This document shows, piece by piece, positions 12,850-24,239 of a stretch of 64,000 nucleotides of DNA (positions within the stretch are counted from its first letter, which is position 1; every line of letters starts with the position of its first letter). The notes under the pieces are model-generated. The model ran no database searches. It saw only the letters and a list, made by a program, of their open reading frames with translations, and had not been told where the DNA came from. The stretch comes from Carcharhinus amblyrhynchos (taxonomy: Eukaryota), in contig OZ336882.1 in the NCBI GenBank assembly GCA_965287045.1, positions 36,332,001-36,396,000 of the forward strand. The letters are read 5' to 3'. A program made the translations under genes and the position numbers.

Positions 12850-15800
12850 ACTTCCCCAAACCCGACGTCACATGAGTTCTGGTGCAGAGGACTCAAACGA
12901 ATACTTCAAGAGAAGAGGTTACAGAGTTGGCTGGATTATGGATAATTAAATCCTTGGTATATTGGGGAGCCTGTCCAGAGAGACTAGTTAATCCCAAAGT
13001 AGCAAAGAGACCAGCGGGTCCAGGACACCCAGGACTCCCGGGAACTGTTTAACAGGTATGAAATTTTAGAGGCCTGTGAAGTCAGCAATATGAGGGATGC
13101 TGTGGAGATGCCAGTGTTGGACTGGGGTAAACACAATAAGAAGTCTCACAACACCAGGTTAAAGTCCAACGGGTTTATTTGGTAGCAAAAGCCGCTAGCT
13201 TTCAGAGCACTTGCTGTCCCTTCCTCAGGTGAAATCTTCCACTCACCTGAAGGGGCAGTGCTCCAAATAAAACTTTAACCTGGTGTTGTGAGACTTCTTA
13301 CAATACGAGGGAGCCAGGGGTAGATGACCTGAGGGAAAATTACTGTACCATGGTACCTGAGGCTACTCTGGGAAAAGAGAGGGAGGCTGGTATGTAGATT
13401 AGAAAGATGGTAGTAGTGGGTGACTCAATAGTTCCAGGGATGGACAATCTAGTTGCAGCTGAGATTGAGAGTCCTGCACGGTCTTTTAATTCCTGGATGC
13501 AAGGGTTCAGGATAAAGGATTAAATAGACAAACTTCTGGAAAGGGAGGTTGAACAGTCAGGGACTGTGGTTCACGTGAGAACTAACAACATAGGGAGGGA
13601 TAGCTTGGAGGTCTTGCAGGACCAGTTTAAGAGTTAGGGAGTAGGTTGAAATGCAGGACCTCCAGGGTAGTAATTTAAGAAACACTATCTGTGACATGAG
13701 CTTCACCACTTATGCAAAGACAGCTCAGGGAGATAAATGCATAGCTTGTGGAGATGATGTAGAAGGGAGAGGTTTAGATTTTTGGGACATTGGGATTGTT
13801 TTTAGGAAAGCAGAAAGCTGATCAGAAGAGATGGCTTCACCTGAGCCGAAATGGAACGAATCTCTAGGTTGAGTAAATAGTGTAGTGAGGGCAGATTTGA
13901 ATGTGTTAGGCAGGGAGTAGATTGGCTCATGGGCCTAGCTGTAGAGGTATCAGTGAGGGCAAAAGATGGAAGAAGGGGGAACAGGGAAAAGGAAATGAGG
14001 GAAGGCTTGAGTGTTGATAGTGAATAAAAATGATGGTCTCCCAAAAAGCAAGAGAGAGATGAGGGCAGGGTTAAATATATAAAGAGAGTTTAGTGAACAA
14101 AACTGGGGAAATGTGAGCAGAAATTGCTCAGGGACATGATATAGTAATATTGGCAGAAACGCGACTCAAGACAGAACAGACCAGATAATTAACATCCCAG
14201 ATTATTAGAGTGGGTAAAAGAAATGTGTAGCAGTCTTGGCCAATGCCCCTGAACAAGATGCAGTTCCTGAAGTAGAATCTATATGGTTGGAGGTGAGAAA
14301 CAGGAAGAGAGTGGTGACCTTGTTTGGTATTTATCATAGACCTCCAAATAGTGAGGAGAAAATAGAAGCAAACATTTGTAAACAGATTAGGGAAACCTGC
14401 TGTACAAGTAGAGTGGCGCTACTTAGTAGGTTGGGGATTTCAATTACGCTAAGGTAGACTGGGGAAAAAGGTAGAGTATGGGGCATAGAAGGGGAGAAAT
14501 ACCTGCAATGTGTGCAAGATAACTTTCTGGAAAAGTACATTTCCCGTCCTAGTTGAGAGGAAGCTGTGCTGAATCTAGTCCTAGGAAATGAGCCAGGCCA
14601 GGTGGAGAACATTAGAGTGGGGAAGCAGTTGGGAAATAGCAATCATAATATAATAGGATTCAATATTAAGTTGGAAAAGGATAAAAATCAGCCATGCATT
14701 CAGATCCCAGACTGAAAAAAGGCAAATTTGGGGGGTTAAAAGCTGAACTGGAGCAGATTGATTGGAAACACATTTTGGTGGATTAAAAAAAAGGAGACTT
14801 TCAAAGGAGAGGTGAAATAGGGTGCAAACCAGGTATTACACCCATGAGAAATAAATACAAGGTATCCAAAGCTAGAATACCCTGCATGATGAAGGATATT
14901 GATGAGAAAATGGTGCATGCTAGAATAATAATAGCAATAGAAGTCAGGAAAAATCTCAAATGCAGGAGGGGGGATAAGGTTGGAATAAGGAAGGCTAAAA
15001 GGAAGCGTGAGGAAAGCATGGCAGGCTATGCTAAAACAAATATATTCTTCAAACATATTAATGATAATAGATTAGTAAAAGATAGAGGGGCCCTAAGGGA
15101 CAAGCAGGGTAAACAACTCACTGAAGCAGAGCATGTCAGAGGTACTGAATTTGCTTTGTCAGGGGTAGGGAGCAAATTATGTTGCCATTGATGGAAATTT
15201 TCCAGGTGTCTCTGAACACAGGATTAGTCCCCAGGGACTAGAAGATTTCAAAGGTGATGCTGTGTTTAAGAAAGGAGCAAAGGATAACCCAGGAAACTAC
15301 AGAACTGTCAGCATGACATCAACAGTGGGAAATTGATGCAGTCCATAATACGGGATAAGATAAATAGGTACTTAGAGAAAAATACTAGACAGTGTGGGTC
15401 ATGAAGGGGAGAAGGGACTTAGGCTTTGTCAAAGGCAGGTCAAGTCTGACAAATTTGAGTTCTTTGACGAGGTGACACAGGCAGTGGATGAGGGTAGTGC
15501 CATGGATGTTGTATATTTGGACTTTGAGAAAGCATTTGATATTGTGCCACATGGCAGGTTGGTTAGCAAATTAGAAATGTTTGGCAGCATTGATTAGAAG
15601 TTGGCTAAGATAAGAAACAGAAGGTAGGTATTGATGGGCATTTCTTAGATGGAGGTGAATTGAAAGGGGTGTTCAATGTTGGGAACCTTGCTTCTTCTGA
15701 TTTATATAAACAATTTAGAGATGTGTGTTAACGACAAAATCTCTAAATTTGCAGATGATGCTAAGCTAGGGATAATAGTGAATTGTGAGGATGAGGCTGA

Positions 15801-16621
15801 GTGACTTCAGAGGGACACTGGCAAGTTGGCTAAATGGACAGACATCTGCCCGATGAATTTCAAGACAGCGAAATGTGATCTGATGCGTTTTGATAGAAGA
15901 AACACAGGGAGACAATACAGGCTGAATGGTACAATTTTGATGTGAGTACAGGAGCAGAGGGACCTCGGGGGTTCAAGTGCACAATTCCCTTAAAGTGGCA
16001 GGTAAGTTGAAACAGTTAAGAAGGTTTATAGATTCCTTGGGTTTATAAATAGAGACAGAGTATGAAAGCAAGGAAGTGATGCTACACCTCTGCAAATCAT
16101 TGTTCAGACAATATATGGAGTAGTGTGTTCAGTTCTGGGCACCTTGTTTAAGGAATGATGTTAAAGCCCCAGAGAGAGTGCAATGGAGATTTACTAGAAT
16201 GATACCAGGAATGAGGAATTTTAGATGCAAGATTCTCCTTGGAGCAGAGGGGCTCAAGTGGTGACCTTATTGATGTCAAAAATTATGAACAATTCTGACC
16301 GGGTAAAGAAGGATATTCTGTTTCTATAGTTGGTACGTCAGTGATCAGGAGTCACAATTTTAAAGATAGCCAGCAGAGAGCTGGAGTGAGATGAGGAGAA
16401 ACTCCTTCACCCGGAGAGTTGTTGGAATTCGAAGTGCGCTGCCTGGGAGTGTGGGAGATTCCATAGAAGGTTTCAAAAGAAAGCTGGATACATATTTGAA
16501 AATAATGAATTGAGGACTACGGCAATAGGGCTGGAGAACAGATCTAGCTGGGTGGCTCTTTCGGGAGCCAGTACAGACATGATAGATTGAGTGGCCTCCT
16601 TCTGTGCTGTAAATTCTATGA
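12850..16621 (+). mobile_element. Near full-length decayed CR1 LINE (ORF1 esterase plus ORF2 endonuclease/RT)
   Basis: VVVGDSIV SGNH-esterase motif ~13410; endonuclease ESIWLEVRN...GIYHRPPNS (14236-14457); RT DVVYLDFEKAFDIVPHGRL (15394-15597) and KFADDAKL ~15745; tail tggcctccttctgtgctgtaaattctatga. Confidence 0.92.
13098..13300. mobile_element. Penelope-derived short palindromic element inserted into the CR1, with 12-bp TSD
   Basis: 29-bp perfect inverted repeat 13137-13165 / 13272-13300; flanks caatatgaggga (13086-13097) and caatacgaggga (13301-13312). The Penelope origin is inferred from motif resemblance. Confidence 0.8.
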
Positions 16622-16639
16622 ATATAGTACAAGGTTTTG

Positions 16640-18540
16640 TGCAAAGCTAACCATTTCAAGCATATAAAGTGGCCGCCAACTCCATTAACACATTTGCAGA
16701 TCCCAACCATGATGTGACATCTGATGGCCAATATTGCAGCTTCCACCAGCAGTCGGGATGCTGCAGTAAAACATTTGTGTTATTCTTCAAGCATAGACTG
16801 CTTTCATATTGGCATGCAAGATGTCACAGCAGCCCGGCACTCTGCCCTGCAACAGATTTCCAGAATTGCTGACATGCTGCATGGGGCAAGTGGCAATGGC
16901 TCCATGGAGCACAAAGCTGTTGTCCTCTCTCAGGAAAACAGCATTCATGTTCCCATTGCTGCCACTCCACCATGCCCTAGCTGTTACCTATCAGGTAGCC
17001 TGCTAAGACTGTTAATGCCCCTGCAACATGGTGCAGTCTACAGCTGGGCCTCATTGGCTCAAGGCTGTTCTCCCAGGCTATCTGCATCCTCCTCTATTGA
17101 AAAGCCAGCAACCTTCCACTAGACATTCTGCAGGACTGGGGAAGCAGTGTGAAGGAGTACCAAAACAGGCAAAGGAGCACAGAGGACAGTCACTAAAGGA
17201 ATGCACAGTGTGACTGACCTTTACATTTGGTTTGGAATGTTTGTTTTGTAAAGGCATTTTTTTTTCCATTTTGGTCAGGCTGACATTGTGATGATCAGTG
17301 ACAGAGGGAAGGCTAAATGTGAGACAGCTGGTAGCGGTGAAATGGGGTTGAAGGTACTAATATCAAACTTGGATGAGATCTTCACAGATAGCCTAGTCAG
17401 AAAGGACCTGCTACAGTTGCCTTCTCTTTTTCTGTAGTCACCATATAATTGGTGACAAGGGCTGATCCATCACAATGGCAAGAATCTGCAACATGCAGCA
17501 GACAAGGCACCTCCAGAGTGGTCAGTGGTGAGTTCCTTTCACTCATTAAGGAGATAACATCACTGCTCCCAGCACACTGACCTGCATAATTCTCTGCATA
17601 TGGCCAAACAGCAGTGAGGTGCTGATAGAGGAGAATTCTTTCTATTGTGGTATTGTTAACATGCAGCATCCAGAAAACTGTATGTGCAGTGAATGATACC
17701 CTACACCATGGGGAAGCTTGCAATTCTACTAAAGCCATATGCTCACTTTGCAGTAGTCTCCAGAAAAAATGCAATGCAGTAAGCTCTCAATGAGCAAAGA
17801 GTGTGCGTGACCTCCTTTATGTAACATTTGATGACAAACTCCAAAATATTACAAATATCTTCAACCAACCCGGAGGGAATTGGACATGTTAAAATTCATT
17901 GCCATGGTCACCAACATAGCCATTGGCAGTGCAATCCTTGCCCTTCTGAGGTTGCAGTTGTGATTTCAGTGATGGTAGATTTCAATAAGGATATCTTTAC
18001 TTAAGTTGCATTTATTGTTTCTCACTGAGGGCAACATTGAAGAATTACTCCCTGTACATCCTGGCTGGGATATGGTGTTCTGCAAAAGGCCTGCCTTTTA
18101 TTCTCCTCCCTTTTTCATCAGCTTGTTCAGTTGTGTGTCAATTACTTAGGCATTCCCTTGAAAAACACCATGTCTAGTCACGCACTAACGCCAGGAGGTG
18201 GGGATGGAGAAGGAGAATCAACCATCAACTCCCACTAGCATCACTTTACGTAATGCTAGTGGGAGTCTTTTCTGCTGTTGAACATGTGTTCAGCTATGTT
18301 AAGAAGGGGTATTAATTGGAGCGTTGAATACCAAAAAAGCCATGCGAGCATCAACTCAACGTGCATCTGATTGGGGTCACGACCTGCATGTTCTGCTTCC
18401 TTCTAGCAGAAGTTCTATGCACCTGCGCTAATTCCTTCACTAACGTGGAGTCCAGTGCCCCCACCGCTGGACACCATGTTAGTGAGGGAATTCAAAAGTT
18501 CATATGCAGCCATGGATGTCATTTTGGACATCAAACCTGC
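16640..18540 (-). mobile_element. Degraded PIF/Harbinger-like DNA transposon remnant
   Basis: Minus translation near 17480-17510 gives LVCCMLQILA, resembling the Harbinger transposase C-terminal motif (xxCCxLHN); GC-richer block. Confidence 0.45.
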
Positions 18541-18689
18541 AGTACTCAACCACAGTAATGTACTTTTATAGCACTTATAACATTATAAAACATCTCAAGG
18601 CACATCACAGGAGCATTATAAGGATAAGACATCAAACCACAGAGATCAAACAATGGGGATTAACAATCCGAATTTCACAAAGCTTGAAT

Positions 18690-19040
18690 TTACAATCATA
18701 TTCTCAGGAGGTCCAAAAGCACTTTACAGTTAACAGGTCACTTCTTAAAAGTGTAGTCTCTATTGGCAAATCTCATGTAGTAAAATAAGAAAATTTGGCC
18801 TTAACTGAGGAAGAGCCAGGGCATTAAAAAAAAACTCCTCCTGATGAAGAGCATTGGGATTTTTTACTTCCATTTGAACAAACATGTGGACCCTCAGTTT
18901 AATATCTTACCTGAAAGGAAATACTCTGACAATGCATCAGCCCCTCACTACTGTTCTGTTAAATCTAGATTATATGCTTAGGTCTGGAGTAGAGCTTGGA
19001 CTCACCTTCTGACACAAAGGGGGAAAGTTACCAACTGAAA
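18690..19040 (-). mobile_element. DeuSINE-like (SacSINE1-like) element
   Basis: Core cctcagtttaatatcttacctgaaagg...tctgacaatgcatc; related to 22600-23000. Confidence 0.65.
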
Positions 19041-19214
19041 CTTATTGTTTAATATATAATTTGCAGTAAGTAATTGTGTGGCAGATACAATGTCATATTT
19101 ATTTGCCAAGAAAATTTGAAGCAGCGTTTGCTCAAAGAACAATTAATTGGCTGATGAAAAGGTACCTGAGATTTAGGACAATTGCTTGAAAGACTTTCCT
19201 GAAGATTGGATGTG

Positions 19215-19430
19215 AGAACATAAAACAACAGAGCACAGAAAGAGGCTGTTCTGGACATTATGTCTATGTCGGATCAATGAAAGAGCTATTCAATTAAATC
19301 CATTCCTCTGCTGCTTTCTGATAGCCTAATAAATATTTCCATTTGAAGTATATATCCAAACACATTTTGAAAGTAGAGTTCCCACCAGATTTTCAGGCAA
19401 TGCTTTTCCAATCATGACAACTTGTGCTGA
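19215..19430 (-). mobile_element. CR1 3' fragment
   Basis: acagagcacagaaagaggc...tatatccaa reverse-tail pattern. Confidence 0.5.
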
Positions 19431-20969
19431 AGATTTAGTGCCTACCATGAAATACAGCTGCTGCTCTAGCTCTACATCTCCAAACAATGGTACCACCATT
19501 TAATAAGATACATATGCCTGCCCAAACAGTAGTCAGGATAATAGCAATACACTTTTTTTTGTGGCTCATGATCCTGATGTATGATAAACCAAGCAGAAGT
19601 TCAAACCCACAGCTTACTATCTCATGACCACCTATTGACTATTTTGTTTTGTGGGTGGAGGATGAAGTGAAGAAAAGCTTAGGGTATTTTTGGGGGTTGA
19701 GATAGCTCTAGGATGTCATAGAGAAAGGTAGAATTAAGACAGGTTACTGTGGCAGATTCAGTGAACTGATACCTAAGCCAGACAGGTGTGCCATACTTCA
19801 GGGTTCCAATGAAATTACCCAGTAAATTCAGCAGAATAAAACCTGGAGGGCTAGCTCTGCCATTGTTGCCCGGTTTCTTTCCCACCTCAGCCTAATAACT
19901 GTGGGAAATGTACTGTTTTTTGTTCATCATGGGAGGAGTTATAGAAGCTAGAGAATGAAATTTTACAATATAGGCTTTGGTTTTCAATCCAGGGGTAACT
20001 CTTTACACAATCAATCCCCCAAATCATTTTTTAAAAATGGAGTCCAAACTTTTGCTTTGCACCTGCTACAGTTATTCTGCAACTGCTGGGAGGATAACAT
20101 GAATAACCTATTACTGATAATAACTTGTTTGTTGCTCCTTGTTTTTGGCACTTGCTGTGAGGTGGGTAATGTCACTGGTTTATTCCAGGAGTTAAATAAT
20201 TTGAAAACTTGAGCAATCAAGTGGCAGTAAATGCTGGCCTTGCCACCTTGATGCTCACATTCCATTAACAAGTAATAAAAAAACTAATTTCAGTGAAATG
20301 GGCTCACCCTAAACTCCAACTATCTAATATTTTCATTTCATTTCAAGAAAATGCCAACTTTTTCTTCTTAATTCCTCAAATTCAAAAATAATAAATGAGC
20401 AAAATATCACATTGCAGGAAAAGACCTTACTTTATTACACCACCCTTATTTTACACCTCATCACTGTCTCCCACTACCCCATTTGGTCTAATTTTCTGCA
20501 ACGTAACTGAACAGTGGACAGATTGCAGGGAATAACATCCCAGAGCTCAAATCGAGTATATAGTATTTACCAGGTTATTTTACATTAACAGGTGAACAGA
20601 AGAAAGTTATGGTAGAAATGTTTTTGTTTGAGAAATCACTTTACTACTTAAGATCTATTCACTTAATGAGTAGATTGTCAAAAAAACTGTAAATGCGGAA
20701 CAATGAAAATAATCAATTAGCATAATCAAATTTTAAAACCGACTTCAGAACAGAACTGAATGTTTATGCACTATTATATTCAATATAAAATCGGTTAAGT
20801 GTATGCTAATGTTGCTTGCTTATTAACATTTCTCAAAATAGAAAATTTTCTGTCTCCATGGGCTGCATCCAACCTCACCTATAATTTGCCAATTTAAAAG
20901 GTTTACACATGTAAGAAGTTTAATTTTCCTTATGCTGACAGATTTTAGCTTCTTTTTGACACATCATGA

Positions 20970-22420
20970 TAGTAGAGATATAACATAATGGAACAGAGAG
21001 ACTCATTCTGCCCAGAGCCTTCCCTACCATTTAATTAGATCATGTCTAATCTGTAACTGAATCCGTTTACCCACTGTTGTTTCATATCTCTTGATATTCT
21101 TATTTAACAAAAATCTATTGATTTCAGTCTTAAATTTCAAAATAACCCAGCCCTGCAGCCTTTTGGGAGAGCAAGTCACAGATTTCCACTATTCTTTATG
21201 TGAAGAAGGCTTCAGGATTTTGTACCTCAATGTTCGAGCTCTAATTTTAAGATTAATGTTTTTTTGTGCTGGATTCTCTAACCAGAGGAAATAGTTTTTG
21301 TATTTTTCGTATTGAATCCCTTAATCATACGAAATACCTCATTTCAACCACCTTCAGCCTTCTAGGGAATAGAATCCATGTTTATACAACTCGTCCACAT
21401 AATTTAACCAATTAAGCCATGTTATCATCTGGTGAACCTGAACTGCACTCCTTCCAAGGCCAATACACCTTTCCTCAGGTTCGATATTCCAAACTGAATG
21501 CTGTAACTCTTAAAATTGGGTCTCACCAAAATATTACATTAGTTTTTTCATTGTTTTGTACCCCTGCACTAGTTTTTTTTTGCTGATTTAGATGATCACC
21601 CAAATCCCTTTGCTTCCCCCACAGCTCATAGTTTGTCGCACTTAATTTTCTAATTTGCCTGTTCCAGAACCGAAGTCGATGGCCCAAAAATCCTCCATGT
21701 TACATACCATCTGCCACAACATTGCTTGCTCAATCTGTTTATTTCTATTGTATCTTCTTGGCCCCATCACATATCTTACTGTCTTCCCTAAATTAGCATC
21801 TTCTAAAGATTTGGATATACAACAACATTTCCTCATCTAAGTCATTGATATAAAAGGTAAAAGCTGCTTTCCCATTTGAGATCCCTGGGTATCACCTGTG
21901 AACTCCTGACAATTGGAGAATTGATCTTTTATCCCTATCCTATCTCCAACCTCCCAACCAATTATCAATGTCACATTGTTACTTCCAATTCCAAATGAAC
22001 TAACTTCTGGTAATTTTTCTCTCCAGCAAAAACTTATCAAATGTCTTCTGAAAATCAATATAGGCAATATCCAGACACTTACATATCTATCATGACAGCA
22101 ATCTCTTCCCAAAATAAAAAGATTAGATGAACCAGACATGACCTAACCTTCCCAAATCCATCCTGACTTTGATCACTTCATACTTGTCACAGTGCTCAGT
22201 CATGCCATGATAAAGTATTTTTCCCACAATTTATGTGCCAAGTACAGACTTAGTCGAATAGTCCATAATTTTCTATCTTTTTTCTTGCCCTCAATTAATA
22301 GGGATGCCTTTACAATTTTTCAATTCAAAGATAGGTTTGGAAAATACATCAAGCTTTGGAAAATCTGCACTTTCCTCAATTACTTCTTCTAATATCCTGG
22401 CCTGGAAGTCAACAAGTCTT
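20970..22420 (-). mobile_element. Old CR1 LINE ORF2 fragment
   Basis: Reverse-strand RT remnants (SLEDANLG; ttttcagaagacatttgataag) and tail. Confidence 0.7.
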
Positions 22421-22599
22421 TGTGAATGGTAGCTAAATTCTCTTCCTTTTCTGGTTTCTTTCACCAATAAATCTACTAAGTTTGTCGCCTTAGAATTTTT
22501 GGTTCAATTGCACCACTGGTATTTTGTCCTGAAGAAGCCCAATTGCCTACTCTTAATTTGTATGTATTTAGTAAAAAAAACCTTGCATTTACAGAGTAC

Positions 22600-23000
22600 T
22601 TTTTAAATGACCAGTTAAAGTCTCAGAGAATTTTACAGCCAATGAAGTTTTTTTTTGGAAAAGTGACTGTTAATTTGTACTCAACAAAGTCCCAGAAACA
22701 ACAATGTGATGATAATCAGATAATCAGTTTGTAGGTTGATTTGAAGGATAAGTATTGGCTAGGATATCAAGGTTAACTCTCCTCTTCTTCAAAATAATAC
22801 TATGGAATTTTATTTACATCCAACTGAGCAGGTAGCTGAGGCCTCAGTTTAACATCTCTTTAAAAGGCAACACCTCCAACAGTGCAATGCTCACTCAGTA
22901 CCACACCGGAACTGACCTTTATGCACAAGTCTTGGAGTGAAACCTGAACTGAGACTCGTGACTCAGAGGCAAGTGTGCTACCAACTGAGCCACAACTGCC
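22600..23000 (-). mobile_element. DeuSINE-like (SacSINE1/AmnSINE1-related) element
   Basis: Deu-core-like ggcctcagtttaacatctc...cacctccaacagtgcaatgctcactcagtac; tRNA-like head at the right end. Confidence 0.75.
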
Positions 23001-23460
23001 ATTATATGGTATTTTCCATTATGTATTCAACACACAATCTGATCAATTGAAAATGCTATCAAATTAACTGTAAACACACTAGAGCTCTCTCTTCTTTTCA
23101 TATGGCATTAATAAGCGTTCTCCAGAATAAGTCCTCACAGCAATCTTATGTTCAGAACTTAAGAACTCACTTCAAATAACACCTTAAAAGAATTACCTTA
23201 TCACGAGGATTTTCGCATCCTAAACAGAGGCTGCGTATTTGAGGCTGTAGTAAGAAAACCTAACGTTTTATTGCTGATTGAAGCAATTCATACTTCATTA
23301 AAATTAATGCAAAATGAGTACTAATAGACACTAAGTTAAGAAATGGAAAGTTAGGGCTCCATGTGCCATTCTTTGAAATAGTAAGGAAGGGAGGGCTATC
23401 TCACCTGAAGGTGAGCTAATGTTTTAAAACTATTTTCAAATTAAAAGGTTACAGTCAAGG

Positions 23461-23782
23461 ATTTTCCAAAATTTCTTTCAAGTTCTAAAATGTTGCTCTT
23501 TATATTTTTTCCAGTCATCAAATTGAGTGATGTTCAAAGGAGAAACAGAACACTTCATTTTGGAGATCCAGCATCAATGTCAAAACACTCTTGATTAAGA
23601 TACAGAATGGACAGATGTCACCATTAGTGCTGTTGCCTTACCCCATCCTTGTTTGACCATTTTTTTCTTACTCTTTCATATCCAGAACAGCTATTTTATA
23701 ACAGGATTAAAATTCGAATGGGTGCTTTTTTTTTAAATTACAAAAAGCAACATTTTAGAACTTGGAAGAAATTTTGGAAAAT
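23461..23782. repeat. 37-bp inverted repeat with ~250-bp spacer
   Basis: 23461-23497 is the reverse complement of 23746-23782 with one mismatch. Confidence 0.9.
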
Positions 23783-24239
23783 TTTATTAAATTTTTGGTT
23801 GGCACAGACACCATGGGCTGAATGGAGTATTTTTAAAGTATAACATTTTACGATTCTACTTTTCTATGGGAAGCTGCATAGAAAACAGTTGCAATTTACT
23901 TCACAAAGGACCCTTACAGCCAACCTAAGGTAACTTACAAATTACTGAGATCAGAATCCACATTCTGAGGCTAGCAATTACATATTTGACACCCAATGTC
24001 TCAAGCTAGAAAATGTTTATTATCCAAAGCTTTTATATCCCCAGTTTGTGCACAATCTGATCTCAATTAGAGCACTTTTTGGGATACTACAATTGACCCA
24101 AGTGGGATAATTAACTAAGGTTCCTATGTTTCATTACTATTTATTTATTCTGATTGGAACTACATGTTTTGGAATGTTATGCAAGAACAAAATTGGCTCA
24201 ATTTGATGTCCACTGCAATTGAATACTTATGCAAATATT

